Shown here: positions 18,576-27,998 of the stretch, piece after piece
Layout: each line of letters starts with the position of its first letter
How positions within the stretch are numbered: the first letter of the stretch is position 1
Source of the DNA: a bacterium
Lineage (GTDB): Bacteria > Actinomycetota > Acidimicrobiia > Acidimicrobiales > Bin134
DNA: 64,000 bases
Direction of reading: 5' to 3'
NCBI GenBank assembly: GCA_026705465.1
Contig: JAPPAP010000004.1
Coordinates: 20,337-84,336 of the forward strand
Notes under the pieces: model-generated
Told to the model about the DNA's origin: nothing
Seen by the model: the letters and a program-made list of their open reading frames with translations, nothing else
Databases searched by the model: none
Program-made: the position numbers and the translations under genes

Positions 18576-18983
18576 TACCGGATCGACCGAGAGATTGGCG
18601 CTTCTCCGGAGTCAGTGTTCGCCGCTTTGCTGGGTTTGATAGGCGGCCCAGAAGATGCCCCCACTTACGCCCGACTCGGCAATCCGGCCCCGCACGGGCC
18701 GGGAGCGCTGGTTGTGTTCGAGCTCCAGGGCTATGAGCTGCACGAGGTGTGTGTGGAATTGGAGGTCCCCCGCAAGCGGCGCTACCGGATGGTGTCGGGT
18801 GCTCCGGTGGATCATTACGAGGCGCTCACCGAAGTGGCTCCTCTAGGCGATGGGTCGCTGCTCACCTGGCAGGGATGGACCGAAGACGCCGATTCAGAAG
18901 TAGCTAGGGCCTGGAACCAACTTGCCCGGGAATCCATTGGCCGAGCAGTGGAAATAGTTTCAACCCTGGCCAAGCAACCGTGA
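18555..18983 (+). CDS. SRPBCC-like small protein (hypothetical)
   Basis: C-terminal part of ORF 18357-18983. The upstream part is antisense to the MFS gene. The in-frame GTG at 18555 gives about 142 aa (YRIDREIGASPESVFAAL...), resembling the polyketide cyclase/SRPBCC fold. Confidence 0.5.
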   Translation: MEKHREHYRIDREIGASPESVFAALLGLIGGPEDAPTYARLGNPAPHGPGALVVFELQGYELHEVCVELEVPRKRRYRMVSGAPVDHYEALTEVAPLGDGSLLTWQGWTEDADSEVARAWNQLARESIGRAVEIVSTLAKQP

Positions 18984-19342
18984 GCTTTCCCCGGATCGCA
19001 TTGCTCTTGGCATTGGTGCTGCTGGCCGCAGGCTGCACCACCAAGACCAAAGAGCTCCCCCAGGGGCCGCCCCGGGAGATTCGCATTATCAACAACGTGG
19101 AGGTGGCCGACGACGACCGCACCCTGACCGTTCGCTATTGGGGCACAGAGTGCGAGGAGTTCAGCGACTCCGAGGTCGACTACGGCATCACCCAAATCAA
19201 GATCACCATCTACGCCCTGGTCACCACCGAGGAGTGCCAACGCTCCGGCCTTCAGCAATCCGCTGACATCGCCCTCGAGCAATCCCTCGACAACCGCATC
19301 ATCATCGATGCCAACACCGACACCGTGGTTTGGGAGCCTTAG
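18980..19342 (+). CDS. Putative lipoprotein
   Basis: Signal peptide with lipobox (LLALVLLAAGC). The GTG start overlaps the upstream TGA (GTGA). Confidence 0.65.
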   Translation: MSFPRIALLLALVLLAAGCTTKTKELPQGPPREIRIINNVEVADDDRTLTVRYWGTECEEFSDSEVDYGITQIKITIYALVTTEECQRSGLQQSADIALEQSLDNRIIIDANTDTVVWEP

Positions 19343-19350
19343 CGATCCGT

Positions 19351-19746
19351 CTAGGTCGGGATCAGCTCAACGCTGTGGCCGTGAAGAGCCGCCAGGGCTT
19401 TGTCGAGTGTCGCCAGCGATCCGCCAAAATATGAGGCCAGCTCGACCAAGTACGCATCCGTCACCTGCCGGTGGCCGATGACGCCGGACATCATCGAGAG
19501 GTCGTAGCCGATCTCATCGGGCCAAAAGACGTGCTGGCGAAGTTCAACGATCTGATGGAGCGCCCCTAGCGCGGCCTGAGTCGTCTCTCCGGCTCGTAGG
19601 AGATATCGAAGGAGAGTTCCCTGGGTAATCGGACAGGTCGCGAATGGGTCGTCTCTGGAGTCGAACCAATCCCACGCCTGATCGTGGTGGACATGTTCAG
19701 AAATCGTCAGGGCAACGAGCACATTGCCGTCGAGCAATGCTGTCAT
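19351..19746 (-). CDS. vapC: Type II toxin VapC (PIN-domain RNase)
   Basis: PIN signatures (LLDGNVLVAL, TDAYLVELA, LATLD). 4-nt overlap with the upstream antitoxin gene. GC is lower than in the surroundings. Confidence 0.85.
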   Translation of the reverse strand: MTALLDGNVLVALTISEHVHHDQAWDWFDSRDDPFATCPITQGTLLRYLLRAGETTQAALGALHQIVELRQHVFWPDEIGYDLSMMSGVIGHRQVTDAYLVELASYFGGSLATLDKALAALHGHSVELIPT

Positions 19747-19958
19747 TCATCTTCCAGCGAGCGGACGTCCTCGGCGGTAACTGGTCGACCCACACTAATG
19801 ATCGGCCAGCCGGAACGAGCAGTCTCTGGGGCAGCCTGGGATGAGATACCCCGGCGGATGAACTCAGTCAGCACCTCGCTCATGGTTTTGCGCTGCTGGT
19901 GAGCCAATTCGCTGGCGAGAGTGTGGATGTCATCAGGCAGATCCACCGTTGTTCGCAT
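19743..19958 (-). CDS. vapB: Type II antitoxin VapB (ribbon-helix-helix type)
   Basis: MRTTVDLPDDIHTLASELA...MSEVLTEFIRRG pattern typical of RHH antitoxins, directly upstream of vapC. Confidence 0.75.
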   Translation of the reverse strand: MRTTVDLPDDIHTLASELAHQQRKTMSEVLTEFIRRGISSQAAPETARSGWPIISVGRPVTAEDVRSLEDE

Positions 19959-19984
19959 CACTGCATCATAACATCACTTCATCA

Positions 19985-20977
19985 TCAATCGTCGAGGTTG
20001 ATACCTACTGGAGCAGGGCTGTGAGGTGGGAGGGGGCATCGACCGTGGGTAACGAGCGGAAGTTCAGCGATGTCTTGCGTGAACAGGTGGGGGGTGATGG
20101 TGCCGTGGACTTGAGGACGGCCAGGGAGAGCGGCGGCCACACTCAGGGCGGCGTGTTGGCCGACAGCAGAATCCATGTAGTTGGTGACGACCACCTTGCG
20201 GCCCTGGTCGGCCCAGTGGCGAGCAGCGGCAATTGCGGTGCGGGGGCCGCCCAAGGCCATGGGCTTGAGCACCACCACGGCAATTGATTCGGGGATCTGG
20301 GCGTCGACAGAGCTCAGGCTGTCATCTACCGCCACCGGTATTGGCGACTGGGGCGCTACTTGGGCCAGAGACTCGATACCGGTCACCGGCTCTTCGACGT
20401 ACTCGATCTCGTACTGCTCCAGCCGGACCAACGCTTCAGCCGCTTCCTCTGCGGTCCAGGCTCCGTTGGCGTCGAGGCGCAGTCGAGTGTCCGCACCGAT
20501 GGCGCTTCGCACTGCGGCTACCGAGGTCACATCCTCGTCCAGATCAGACGCCCCTACCTTTAGCTTCAACGTGCGGAAGCCGGCCGATACCGCGGCCGCC
20601 GCGGTATCGGCATCGCTGACTAATGCATTGAGCTCAATTGAGTCGGCCACCGCTCCGCCAGCGGCCAACACCGCAGCTTGGGTCTGTCCCCTACGCCGGG
20701 CCTCCAAATCGAGAAGGGCCAGTTCGACGGCCCCGTGGGCAAAGCACTCTGAGGGCAATTCCCAGGGATCAGGATCAGCGGCCCATGCTTCCAATGCACT
20801 CTGGGTGGCCGAACGATCGGCCCCCGGCCATCCCGGCAGCGGCATGGCTTCCCCCCAGCCAGTGACACCACCGTCGGATACCTGCACCAATATGCCATCT
20901 CTTTGGGTGATGGCTCCCCGGCTGGTCATCACCGGATGGCGCAGCTTTAGGACGATTTCGCTTAGCTCGACACGCAT
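19985..20977 (-). CDS. menC: o-Succinylbenzoate synthase (enolase superfamily)
   Basis: Enolase-superfamily sequence (GWGEAMPLPGW, LKLKVG, LRLDANGAW, YVEEP) and a position downstream of menF-menD-menH. Confidence 0.8.
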   Translation of the reverse strand: MRVELSEIVLKLRHPVMTSRGAITQRDGILVQVSDGGVTGWGEAMPLPGWPGADRSATQSALEAWAADPDPWELPSECFAHGAVELALLDLEARRRGQTQAAVLAAGGAVADSIELNALVSDADTAAAAVSAGFRTLKLKVGASDLDEDVTSVAAVRSAIGADTRLRLDANGAWTAEEAAEALVRLEQYEIEYVEEPVTGIESLAQVAPQSPIPVAVDDSLSSVDAQIPESIAVVVLKPMALGGPRTAIAAARHWADQGRKVVVTNYMDSAVGQHAALSVAAALPGRPQVHGTITPHLFTQDIAELPLVTHGRCPLPPHSPAPVGINLDD

Positions 20978-21714
20978 TGGATCACCGCGGCGGCGGTCGC
21001 GTCGGGAGCTTCCAGGTGAGCAGCATGGCCAGCATCAGGTATCAGGGAGACGGTGGCCTGGGGGATGGGCCCGGCCAATTGATGGGCGATGGCTTTGAAC
21101 TTGGCGTCGTCGGCACCGGCAATGAGCACACAGGGCATGGCCAGTTCCCCCAGCCGGCAGCCGACGGGCTCGACCGCTCCCGCCCCCATGCCCCGCAGAC
21201 TGTGAGCCAGACCCTGGGGATCGCAGGCCAGCCGCTGGGCTCGCAACTCGGCTTGCTGCTCGGATGACAGGCGAGTTCGCTGGGTGGCAAACAAGGGACG
21301 GTCGGCCCAAAAGTTGGCAAACCATTGGATACCGTCTGACTCAATCCGGTCGGCCAACGCCTCGTCGGCGGCGATGCGCTCGGCCCGTTCGGCAGGATCG
21401 TCGATCCCGGGTCGGGCGCCGATGAGGGCCAGAGCGGCTACTCGGTCGGGATGGGCTAGCGCGAGGTGGAGCGCAACCCGGCCGCCCATGGAGTAGCCCA
21501 CCAAAGCGATCTGCTCTAGGTGGGCGGTGGCTGAAAGCACCCCGGCTACCGTGGCAGCCATGGTGTAGTCGGTCGGGTCATTGGAAATCGGGCCTGCTCC
21601 GTGCCCCGGCAAGTCCAAGGCCAGCACTGGGTCGGGCAGTCGGGTAGTGAGGGGGGCCATGGCCGCGGCCGATCCGGTGAATCCGTGCAGGACCACGGTG
21701 GCCGTAGTGCTCAT
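20962..21714 (-). CDS. menH: SHCHC synthase-type alpha/beta hydrolase
   Basis: Alpha/beta-hydrolase motifs (VVLHGFTGS, nucleophile elbow GYSMGG) and a position between menD and menC. Confidence 0.7.
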   Translation of the reverse strand: MSTTATVVLHGFTGSAAAMAPLTTRLPDPVLALDLPGHGAGPISNDPTDYTMAATVAGVLSATAHLEQIALVGYSMGGRVALHLALAHPDRVAALALIGARPGIDDPAERAERIAADEALADRIESDGIQWFANFWADRPLFATQRTRLSSEQQAELRAQRLACDPQGLAHSLRGMGAGAVEPVGCRLGELAMPCVLIAGADDAKFKAIAHQLAGPIPQATVSLIPDAGHAAHLEAPDATAAAVIQCVSS

Positions 21715-23372
21715 TCGGTCAGGTGTGCAAGCTGCTGGCGCTGCTTCATGGCGGCATCGTGGTCTATCGGTACCTCGATCACTGTCACCCCCGAGGCCTT
21801 GGCGATGGCATCGGCCAGCTCATCGGCCTCTTCGACCTGGTGATAGCGGACGCCCAATCCATTGACCAGTTCGCCCAGTGACACTCCGTGAGGGGTGTGG
21901 AACAGCTCCTCAAAATGGACGTCAGAGCCGCCGTCGGCCACCGGGAGCAGCGAGAAGATGCCGCCGCCGTTGTTGTTGGGCACCACCACGGTGAGATCGG
22001 CCCCCGACAGGGATGCGGCCAGCAGTCCGCCGATGTCGTGCAGTAGGGCCACGTCGCCCACCAGCGCCGCCACCGGCTGGTGGAGAGCGAGAGAAGCCCC
22101 CAACGCCGACGACACCACCCCGTCGATGCCGTTGGCCCCCCGATTGACCAGCACTCGCCGGGGCAGGGCGTCGGATGGCCAAAACGAGGTCACGTCCCGA
22201 ACCGGCATGCTGCTCGACGCATAGAGCGGAACCTCCGGCGGCAGGGCCCGCAGCAAAGTGGCGGCCAGCCGCGGCTCGAGCAACTCGTCGTGGCCCAGAG
22301 CCGCCACCACTCGATCCCACGCGTCGGTGGCCGCTTCGATCCAACTCACCGCCCAGGCATCGTCGGCCGAGGCCATATGCCCAGCGGCCGCACTCAGCAA
22401 GGCCATCGGATCGGAGGCCAGCGCGGCCGTCCACCCGAACGACGGGTCTTCCCATCGACGCCGGGAATCCACTAACAGCCGATCGGCCGCCCCGCACGAC
22501 TCCACGAAGTCGATGACCGCCCGGTTGCTGGGCGGCCCCCCGATGCGCACCAGAACGTCGGGTCTCAGATCCCCACGGCCCAGCACCCACTCGGCCCCAT
22601 CCAAGACCATCGGACCTCGCCCTCGGAGTTGCGACCCGGCATCGGCTACCACCGGCCATCCCGCCGCTTCGGCAAAGCCAACGATGGCTGCGGCACCGAC
22701 CTCATCCACATCCAACGCGCCCGACACGATCAGCCCCCGGCGACCAGCCAAGCGCCGCACCGCGTCCACATCGGCTTCCACGAGAGGCCGGACTGGGACA
22801 ACCGGCTGGCCCACGGATGCATCGAATCGAGGAACGGGTCCCTGAGGCTCCAGCGGCTTGCGGAAGGGCCAGTTCAGATGGACTGGGCCAGGGTTGGGTC
22901 CGGCCCCCGCGGTGGTGGCCGCCCGCACCGCCAGCCGGGCGAAGTAGTCGGGGTCGTCAAAATCACACGGCGTCTCGGCGAACCAGCGGACGTGGTCCCC
23001 GTACAGCTTCACCTGGTCGATGGTCTGGCCCGCCCCCGCATCTCTCAGCTCCGGCGGGCGATCGGCGGTGCATACCGCCAGCGGTACCCCGCTGTGATGA
23101 GCTTCCACCACCGCCGGGAGGAGGTTGGCCGCTGCGGTACCCGATGTGCATGCCAGCGCCACGGGACGACCCGACGCTTTCGCCATCCCCAAGGCGCAGA
23201 AACCGGCCACCCGCTCGTCGAACTGCACAATGACCCGCAGCCCTTCCTGGTTGCGGGCGGTCACCGCCAACGGGGTCGACCGGGAACCGGGCGACACCAC
23301 CACGTCGGTGACTCCACAGGCTGCCAGCTCGGCCCAGAATCGCCCGGCGGCCCGGTAGGCCAGATCGGTCAT
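21711..23372 (-). CDS. menD: SEPHCHC synthase (ThDP-dependent)
   Basis: VVVSPGSRSTPLA and a ThDP motif region (GDVALLHDIGGL...VVVPNNNGGGIF). The ATG at 23372 overlaps the menF stop (ATGA). Confidence 0.9.
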   Translation of the reverse strand: MTDLAYRAAGRFWAELAACGVTDVVVSPGSRSTPLAVTARNQEGLRVIVQFDERVAGFCALGMAKASGRPVALACTSGTAAANLLPAVVEAHHSGVPLAVCTADRPPELRDAGAGQTIDQVKLYGDHVRWFAETPCDFDDPDYFARLAVRAATTAGAGPNPGPVHLNWPFRKPLEPQGPVPRFDASVGQPVVPVRPLVEADVDAVRRLAGRRGLIVSGALDVDEVGAAAIVGFAEAAGWPVVADAGSQLRGRGPMVLDGAEWVLGRGDLRPDVLVRIGGPPSNRAVIDFVESCGAADRLLVDSRRRWEDPSFGWTAALASDPMALLSAAAGHMASADDAWAVSWIEAATDAWDRVVAALGHDELLEPRLAATLLRALPPEVPLYASSSMPVRDVTSFWPSDALPRRVLVNRGANGIDGVVSSALGASLALHQPVAALVGDVALLHDIGGLLAASLSGADLTVVVPNNNGGGIFSLLPVADGGSDVHFEELFHTPHGVSLGELVNGLGVRYHQVEEADELADAIAKASGVTVIEVPIDHDAAMKQRQQLAHLTE

Positions 23373-24493
23373 GTGACCACATCCAATATTGCCGCCAGCT
23401 TGACGTCGGTCTCGCTGAGCTCCTGCTCGGGGTCGGACCCGGCCACGATGCCCGCCCCCGCGAACAGCCGCAGCCCTTCGGAGAAAGCCAGGGCCGAACG
23501 CAAAGCCACATAGAACGATCCACAGCCCCGGTGATCGATCCAGCCCACCGGGCCGGCGTACCACCCCCGTTGGAACCCCTCGTACTCGGCGATCCACTGC
23601 TGGGCGAATGAGCTCGGCGTGCCCCCCACCGCCGGTGTGGGATGCAGGGCACCGGCCAAGCGCAAGGCCAAGCCGGGCTCGGGGGAGATCCTCCCCGTGA
23701 CCTTCGTCCTCAGGTGGTGGATACCGGGCAGGGTCCGGACTTCGGTGTCGACAGTGGGGTCCAAATCCACCCCGGCCAGCGCCAGCCGGGTCCGCAGGTA
23801 GTCAACCACATAGCGATGCTCGGCCTGCTCCTTGGGATCAGACGCCAACCGCTGGGCATTGGCGGCATCTTCATCTGGGGTCGACCCCCGGGGAGCAGTG
23901 CCGGCCACCGCGTCGGTGGCGACCAAGTCATCGTCCAGATCCACCAGCACTTCGGGGCTCGCACCCAGAAAGCACGACCTTCCTCGGCCAAAGCCGAAAA
24001 CCGCACACGACTCAAAGCGATCTGATAGCCGGCCTAGCACTACCGCGGGGTCGATTCTGCCGACGGCTTCCACCTCCCGGGCCACCACCACCTTGCCCAA
24101 CTCCCCAGCGTCGATGGCGTCGGCGGCCTGCTTCACCACATCCCGATACGACGCCCGGGTACCGTCCTCCACCCGAAGTGCCTCGCCTTCATCTGAGTGG
24201 TCTCCTCCTTGAGCCGACCCTCGAACAACCCGCTCCGGTACCACCAACCGCCCGCTGGGGTAACCGTCCCACACCCCTGTACCTGGCCAATCAGCAAAGC
24301 CGAAGCCGGCAAAGGCGACCTCCCCCTCGTCCAGCACATCGGCGGCAGCCGCCGCAGCCGCCTCAAACCGCCACGGACCATCCACCTCAACGGCTCGCGC
24401 CGAGCCCAGCCCAGCCATCGCCTCGGCCCCCGGGGCCCGCCAGAACACCCGATCGCCGTCCCGGCACGAGGCGAATTCATCCAACGGCGTCAT
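23369..24493 (-). CDS. menF: Isochorismate synthase
   Basis: Chorismate-binding domain (ALHPTPAVGGTP, RGWYAGPVGW, ALRSAL) and men operon context. Confidence 0.85.
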   Translation of the reverse strand: MTPLDEFASCRDGDRVFWRAPGAEAMAGLGSARAVEVDGPWRFEAAAAAAADVLDEGEVAFAGFGFADWPGTGVWDGYPSGRLVVPERVVRGSAQGGDHSDEGEALRVEDGTRASYRDVVKQAADAIDAGELGKVVVAREVEAVGRIDPAVVLGRLSDRFESCAVFGFGRGRSCFLGASPEVLVDLDDDLVATDAVAGTAPRGSTPDEDAANAQRLASDPKEQAEHRYVVDYLRTRLALAGVDLDPTVDTEVRTLPGIHHLRTKVTGRISPEPGLALRLAGALHPTPAVGGTPSSFAQQWIAEYEGFQRGWYAGPVGWIDHRGCGSFYVALRSALAFSEGLRLFAGAGIVAGSDPEQELSETDVKLAAILDVVT

Positions 24494-24906
24494 TGCACCC
24501 GCTCCGCCAACCGGGCCGCCGCCCTGCTCAGCAGGGTCCGGCGGAAGTGCTCGCCCACCAATGCCACCACTTGGGGCACCAACGCCTCCACCAGCGGGGT
24601 CAGATTCTCCAAGTCGGTGCTGTCCAAACTCTCGGTGCCCATGGCAGCCAAGAACAGGTCAACCGCCTCGTCCACCACCGCCTCCACGTTGCGGGCGTGG
24701 CGGACAGCCAACGCGGCCAGGTCGGGCACGCTCACCCCGACCGATACCAGAGCAGCACCTGCTTGCAGCATCGTGACTGCATCCTCTTTGAATCGCCCGG
24801 ATCCATCGGGAACCAGCAATCCCGCGTCGATGGCCAAGTCCACCTGCTCAGCAGCCAAACCCGACGCTTCGATCAACTCAGCCCGGCTCAGCCCCTCCAG
24901 CTCCAT
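24490..24906 (-). CDS. Small hypothetical protein with an N-terminal HTH-like (MerR-like) segment, first gene of the men operon
   Basis: Start taken at MELEGLSRAELIEASGLAAEQVDLAIDAGLL (24906). Its stop overlaps the menF ATG (ATGA). The ORF-track N-terminal extension runs through a repeat element and is rejected. Confidence 0.45.
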   Translation of the reverse strand: MELEGLSRAELIEASGLAAEQVDLAIDAGLLVPDGSGRFKEDAVTMLQAGAALVSVGVSVPDLAALAVRHARNVEAVVDEAVDLFLAAMGTESLDSTDLENLTPLVEALVPQVVALVGEHFRRTLLSRAAARLAERVQ

Positions 24907-24973
24907 CCCCAAAGCGTAAACCCAACCACCCCCAAACCATCCAACAGCGCTGGATACCTGGCGCAGGCAGGCC

Positions 24974-25002
24974 GGGGGGTGGCCCGGCTCAGGGCGCCCG
25001 CC
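24974..25002. repeat. GC-rich intergenic element B, copy 1 (29-bp exact core)
   Basis: GGGGGGTGGCCCGGCTCAGGGCGCCCGCC is identical to 39368-39396. Flanking sequence is weakly similar (..AGGC(C/T)GGGGGG.., ..GACAGGACCCGCC..GCCTGCCGG..). Confidence 0.75.
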
Positions 25003-25082
25003 GCCCGGACTCCATGGAGGACGGCGGGCTGGGCCGGGACAGGACCCGCCGGCCTGCCGGTGGATGATGAACCCAACCCGAC

Positions 25083-26768
25083 TCAATGCCGGTCCTGCAC
25101 CACCGTCGTCTCGTCCCCAACACCCATCAAATCCGCAGCCCGAGCCCGCAACTCATGGCGATCCGGCCGTCCCGAGTCCAGCAGCGGCCAATCCTCCTCG
25201 CCAACCACGAAGAACCGCTTGGGGATCTTGAAGTTGGCGATCCGACCCCGGCACGCCACCACCAGGTCGTCGGAGGTCTCGGTCGCCCCTTCGTGAAGCT
25301 CCACGAAGGCCACCACCGCCTCTCCCCACAGCGGATCGGGCACTCCCACCACGATGGCGAATTTCACCGCATCCAGACTGTCCTCACAGAAGATCTCAAC
25401 CTCCCGCTCCGACACGTTCTCCCCGCCGGTCTTGATCATCAGCTTGTAGCGGCCCCGGAAATACAGATTTCCGACCTCGTCCATGAAGCCGTAGTCGCCG
25501 GAGTGGAAGAACCCCTCGTCGTCGAACGCCTCAGCAGTGGCCTCGGGCATTCCCACGTACTCCAGGAACGTCCCCCACCCCCGAAAGCAGATCTCTCCCG
25601 GCTCGTCAGGGGCACACCGCTGGCCGGTGTCAGGGTCTTTGATCACGAACTCCATGCCCGGCATGGGCCGGCCATTGGCGTCGTAACGCACTTTGGGGTC
25701 GCTCTCGTACCGGGGGGTGATGGATCCCAGCCCACCTGATTCGGTGGAGCCGTACACCTGGGCCACCGTCTCCCAGTTCCAATCGGGAAGCACACTGCGC
25801 AGGAAGCTGCCGGTGGCCCCCACATTGCACTTGCGCACCGTGCTGCGGTCCACAGTGTGGTACTCGGGGGCGTTGCGCATCATGGTCAGCTTGGTGTCGA
25901 ACGCCCCCATCACGGTGATCTTCGACCGCTCCATCTCCCGCAGCACCTTGCCGGTCTCGTACACCCCCACCAAACACGAGGTCATCCCCACCAGATGGGG
26001 CATGGTCAGGTTCCACACGATGCCGCCGGTATGGAACACAGGATTCGAGGCCACAAAACGGTCTTCGGGCACCAGGCCCAGGGCGTGCTGCAAGCCGGTA
26101 GCCGCCCCCACCATGCCCCGATGGGCGATGAGTGCTGGTTTGGGAGCAGCGGTGGAGCCCGACGTGAAGATGATGTAGGCCGGATCATCGCCCCTCACTG
26201 GGCTGGCCGGCCCCATGGCGGCTCCGCCATCAGGGCCGAACACCCGATCGCGCTCAGGAGACGAAACCACCCACCCGTCGCTGTCCACCGGCAGCACCAC
26301 GGTCTCGGCAATGCTGTTGAACCGGGCCGCCATCGGCGACAGACGTCCCGCCGTGTCCACATCCCGAAACCGGTCCACGGTGATCAGCAGCTCGGGCTGG
26401 GCCAGGGTGAACAGATGCTCCAGCTCCGCGGCCATGTACGAGGTGTTGATGGGCACTCCGATGGCACCCAAACGGCCCAGCGCATAGTGCAGAGCGGCCC
26501 AGTCAGGGCTGGGATGGAACAGAAACGCCACCCGGCTGCCCTTGGCCACGCCCAACTCGGCCAGCGCGGCGGCGGCCCGCAGAGCCTGTTCGGCCAGCTC
26601 CCGGTAGCTGATGTGGGTGTCGCCGGTGATGATGGCGGCGTTGTCCGGCACTTGCTGGGCGGTCCGCCACAGCATCTCCCAGGTGGACAATTGGGTGTTG
26701 ACCTGCAGGTCGGCGGCCAGCGCGGCGTCGTAGGCAGCCTGAGCTGAGGCCTGCATGGGTTTCGCCAT
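25083..26768 (-). CDS. AMP-dependent acyl-CoA synthetase/ligase (2 of 4)
   Basis: AMP-binding motifs (IIFTSGSTAAPKPA, YGSTESGG, FHSGDYG). Start at MAKPMQAS (26768). Confidence 0.9.
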   Translation of the reverse strand: MAKPMQASAQAAYDAALAADLQVNTQLSTWEMLWRTAQQVPDNAAIITGDTHISYRELAEQALRAAAALAELGVAKGSRVAFLFHPSPDWAALHYALGRLGAIGVPINTSYMAAELEHLFTLAQPELLITVDRFRDVDTAGRLSPMAARFNSIAETVVLPVDSDGWVVSSPERDRVFGPDGGAAMGPASPVRGDDPAYIIFTSGSTAAPKPALIAHRGMVGAATGLQHALGLVPEDRFVASNPVFHTGGIVWNLTMPHLVGMTSCLVGVYETGKVLREMERSKITVMGAFDTKLTMMRNAPEYHTVDRSTVRKCNVGATGSFLRSVLPDWNWETVAQVYGSTESGGLGSITPRYESDPKVRYDANGRPMPGMEFVIKDPDTGQRCAPDEPGEICFRGWGTFLEYVGMPEATAEAFDDEGFFHSGDYGFMDEVGNLYFRGRYKLMIKTGGENVSEREVEIFCEDSLDAVKFAIVVGVPDPLWGEAVVAFVELHEGATETSDDLVVACRGRIANFKIPKRFFVVGEEDWPLLDSGRPDRHELRARAADLMGVGDETTVVQDRH

Positions 26769-26794
26769 CGGTGGGCACGTTATCCTCTCGCCCC

Positions 26795-27970
26795 ATGCAC
26801 GGAGGTCTGCGGTTCGGCATTTTCCAAGCGCCATTTCACGCCCATTGGAAGAACCCGACGGTTCAACTCCAGCGAGACCTCGACCTGTGCGAGTGGCTCG
26901 ACCACCTCGGATTCGATGAGTACTGGTTTGGCGAGCACCACTCCGGCGGGTGGGAGATCATCACCTCGCCTGATCTGATGATCGCCGCCGCCTCGCAGCG
27001 CACCAGCCGCATCAAGCTGGGCACCGGTGTGGTGTCGGTGCCGTACCACACCCCGTTCCAGGTGGCCGAGCGAATGGTGCTGCTCGACCACCTCACCAAG
27101 GGCCGGGTCATGTTCGGCGTGGGTCCGGGAGCCTTGCCGTCGGACGCCTACATGATGGGCATGGACCCCACACAGACCCGGCCCCGCATGGAGCAGGCTC
27201 TGGAGGCCATCTGCCATCTACTGCGCTCCGACGAGCCGCTCACCATGGAGACCGACTGGTTCAAGCTCCGCGAGGCCCGCCTTCAGCTGTCCCCCTATTC
27301 CGACCCGCTGTTCGACATCTGCATGGCCACCACCGTCTCGCCCAACGGCCCCCGCAGCGCAGGCCGATTCGGGGGCGCGGTCCTTTCGATGAGCGCCACC
27401 ACCGACGCCGGTTTCGAGGCGCTGAGCAGCCACTGGGGCATCTGGAACATGAAGGCTGAGGAGCACGGGCACACCGCCGACCGGTCCAAGTGGCGCATCG
27501 TGGCCCCTGTCCACATTGCTGAGACCACCGAGCAGGCATTCCAAGACGTGGAGCACGGCATCGAGCCGTGGGTGCGCTATTTCCGGGAAGTGGTAGCCCT
27601 CCCCGGCGCCCCCGACACCGACGACCGGGACGAGTTCATCCGGGCCATGGTGGACGGCGGCTTCGCGGTGATCGGCACCCCCGATGATGCCGCCGCCCTG
27701 GTCGATCGGCTGTGGGAGCAGTCAGGCGGGTTCGGCGCCCTGCTGGTGTTCGGCAACGACTGGGCCAACCCGGCGGCCACCCGGCGCTCCTACGAATTGC
27801 TGATCGAGGAGGTGGCTCCCCGCTACCAGGGCTCGATCCGGCGGCGCACCAGCTCACACGCTTGGACCGCGGCCAACCGGGAGGAGTTCCTAGGCCGGGC
27901 CGCAGCGGCCGGTCAAGAGGCCCGTGAGCGCCACGAGGCCGAGATGGAAGCCAAGCGCCAACAGCAGTAA
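26795..27970 (+). CDS. LLM-class flavin-dependent oxidoreductase/monooxygenase
   Basis: Luciferase-like sequence (FDEYWFGEHHSGGWE, LDHLTKGRVMFGVGPG). Divergent from the acyl-CoA synthetase gene. Confidence 0.85.
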   Translation: MHGGLRFGIFQAPFHAHWKNPTVQLQRDLDLCEWLDHLGFDEYWFGEHHSGGWEIITSPDLMIAAASQRTSRIKLGTGVVSVPYHTPFQVAERMVLLDHLTKGRVMFGVGPGALPSDAYMMGMDPTQTRPRMEQALEAICHLLRSDEPLTMETDWFKLREARLQLSPYSDPLFDICMATTVSPNGPRSAGRFGGAVLSMSATTDAGFEALSSHWGIWNMKAEEHGHTADRSKWRIVAPVHIAETTEQAFQDVEHGIEPWVRYFREVVALPGAPDTDDRDEFIRAMVDGGFAVIGTPDDAAALVDRLWEQSGGFGALLVFGNDWANPAATRRSYELLIEEVAPRYQGSIRRRTSSHAWTAANREEFLGRAAAAGQEARERHEAEMEAKRQQQ

Positions 27971-27998
27971 TCCAGCCGGGCTCTCCTGCCTGAGGCAG

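Noticed and set aside
24907-25086. N-terminal 60-aa extension of the men-leader ORF. The same applies to the 77-aa extension of the LLM ORF at 39373-39603.
   Set aside because: The extensions are translations of the GC-rich intergenic repeat elements (Gly/Pro/Arg-rich). Internal Met starts give proteins that begin where conserved sequence begins.
27986-27998. Hairpin CTGCC-tga-GGCAG between convergent LLM and kinase genes
   Set aside because: The stem is 5 bp with a 3-nt loop and no T-tract. This is compatible with chance in GC-rich DNA.
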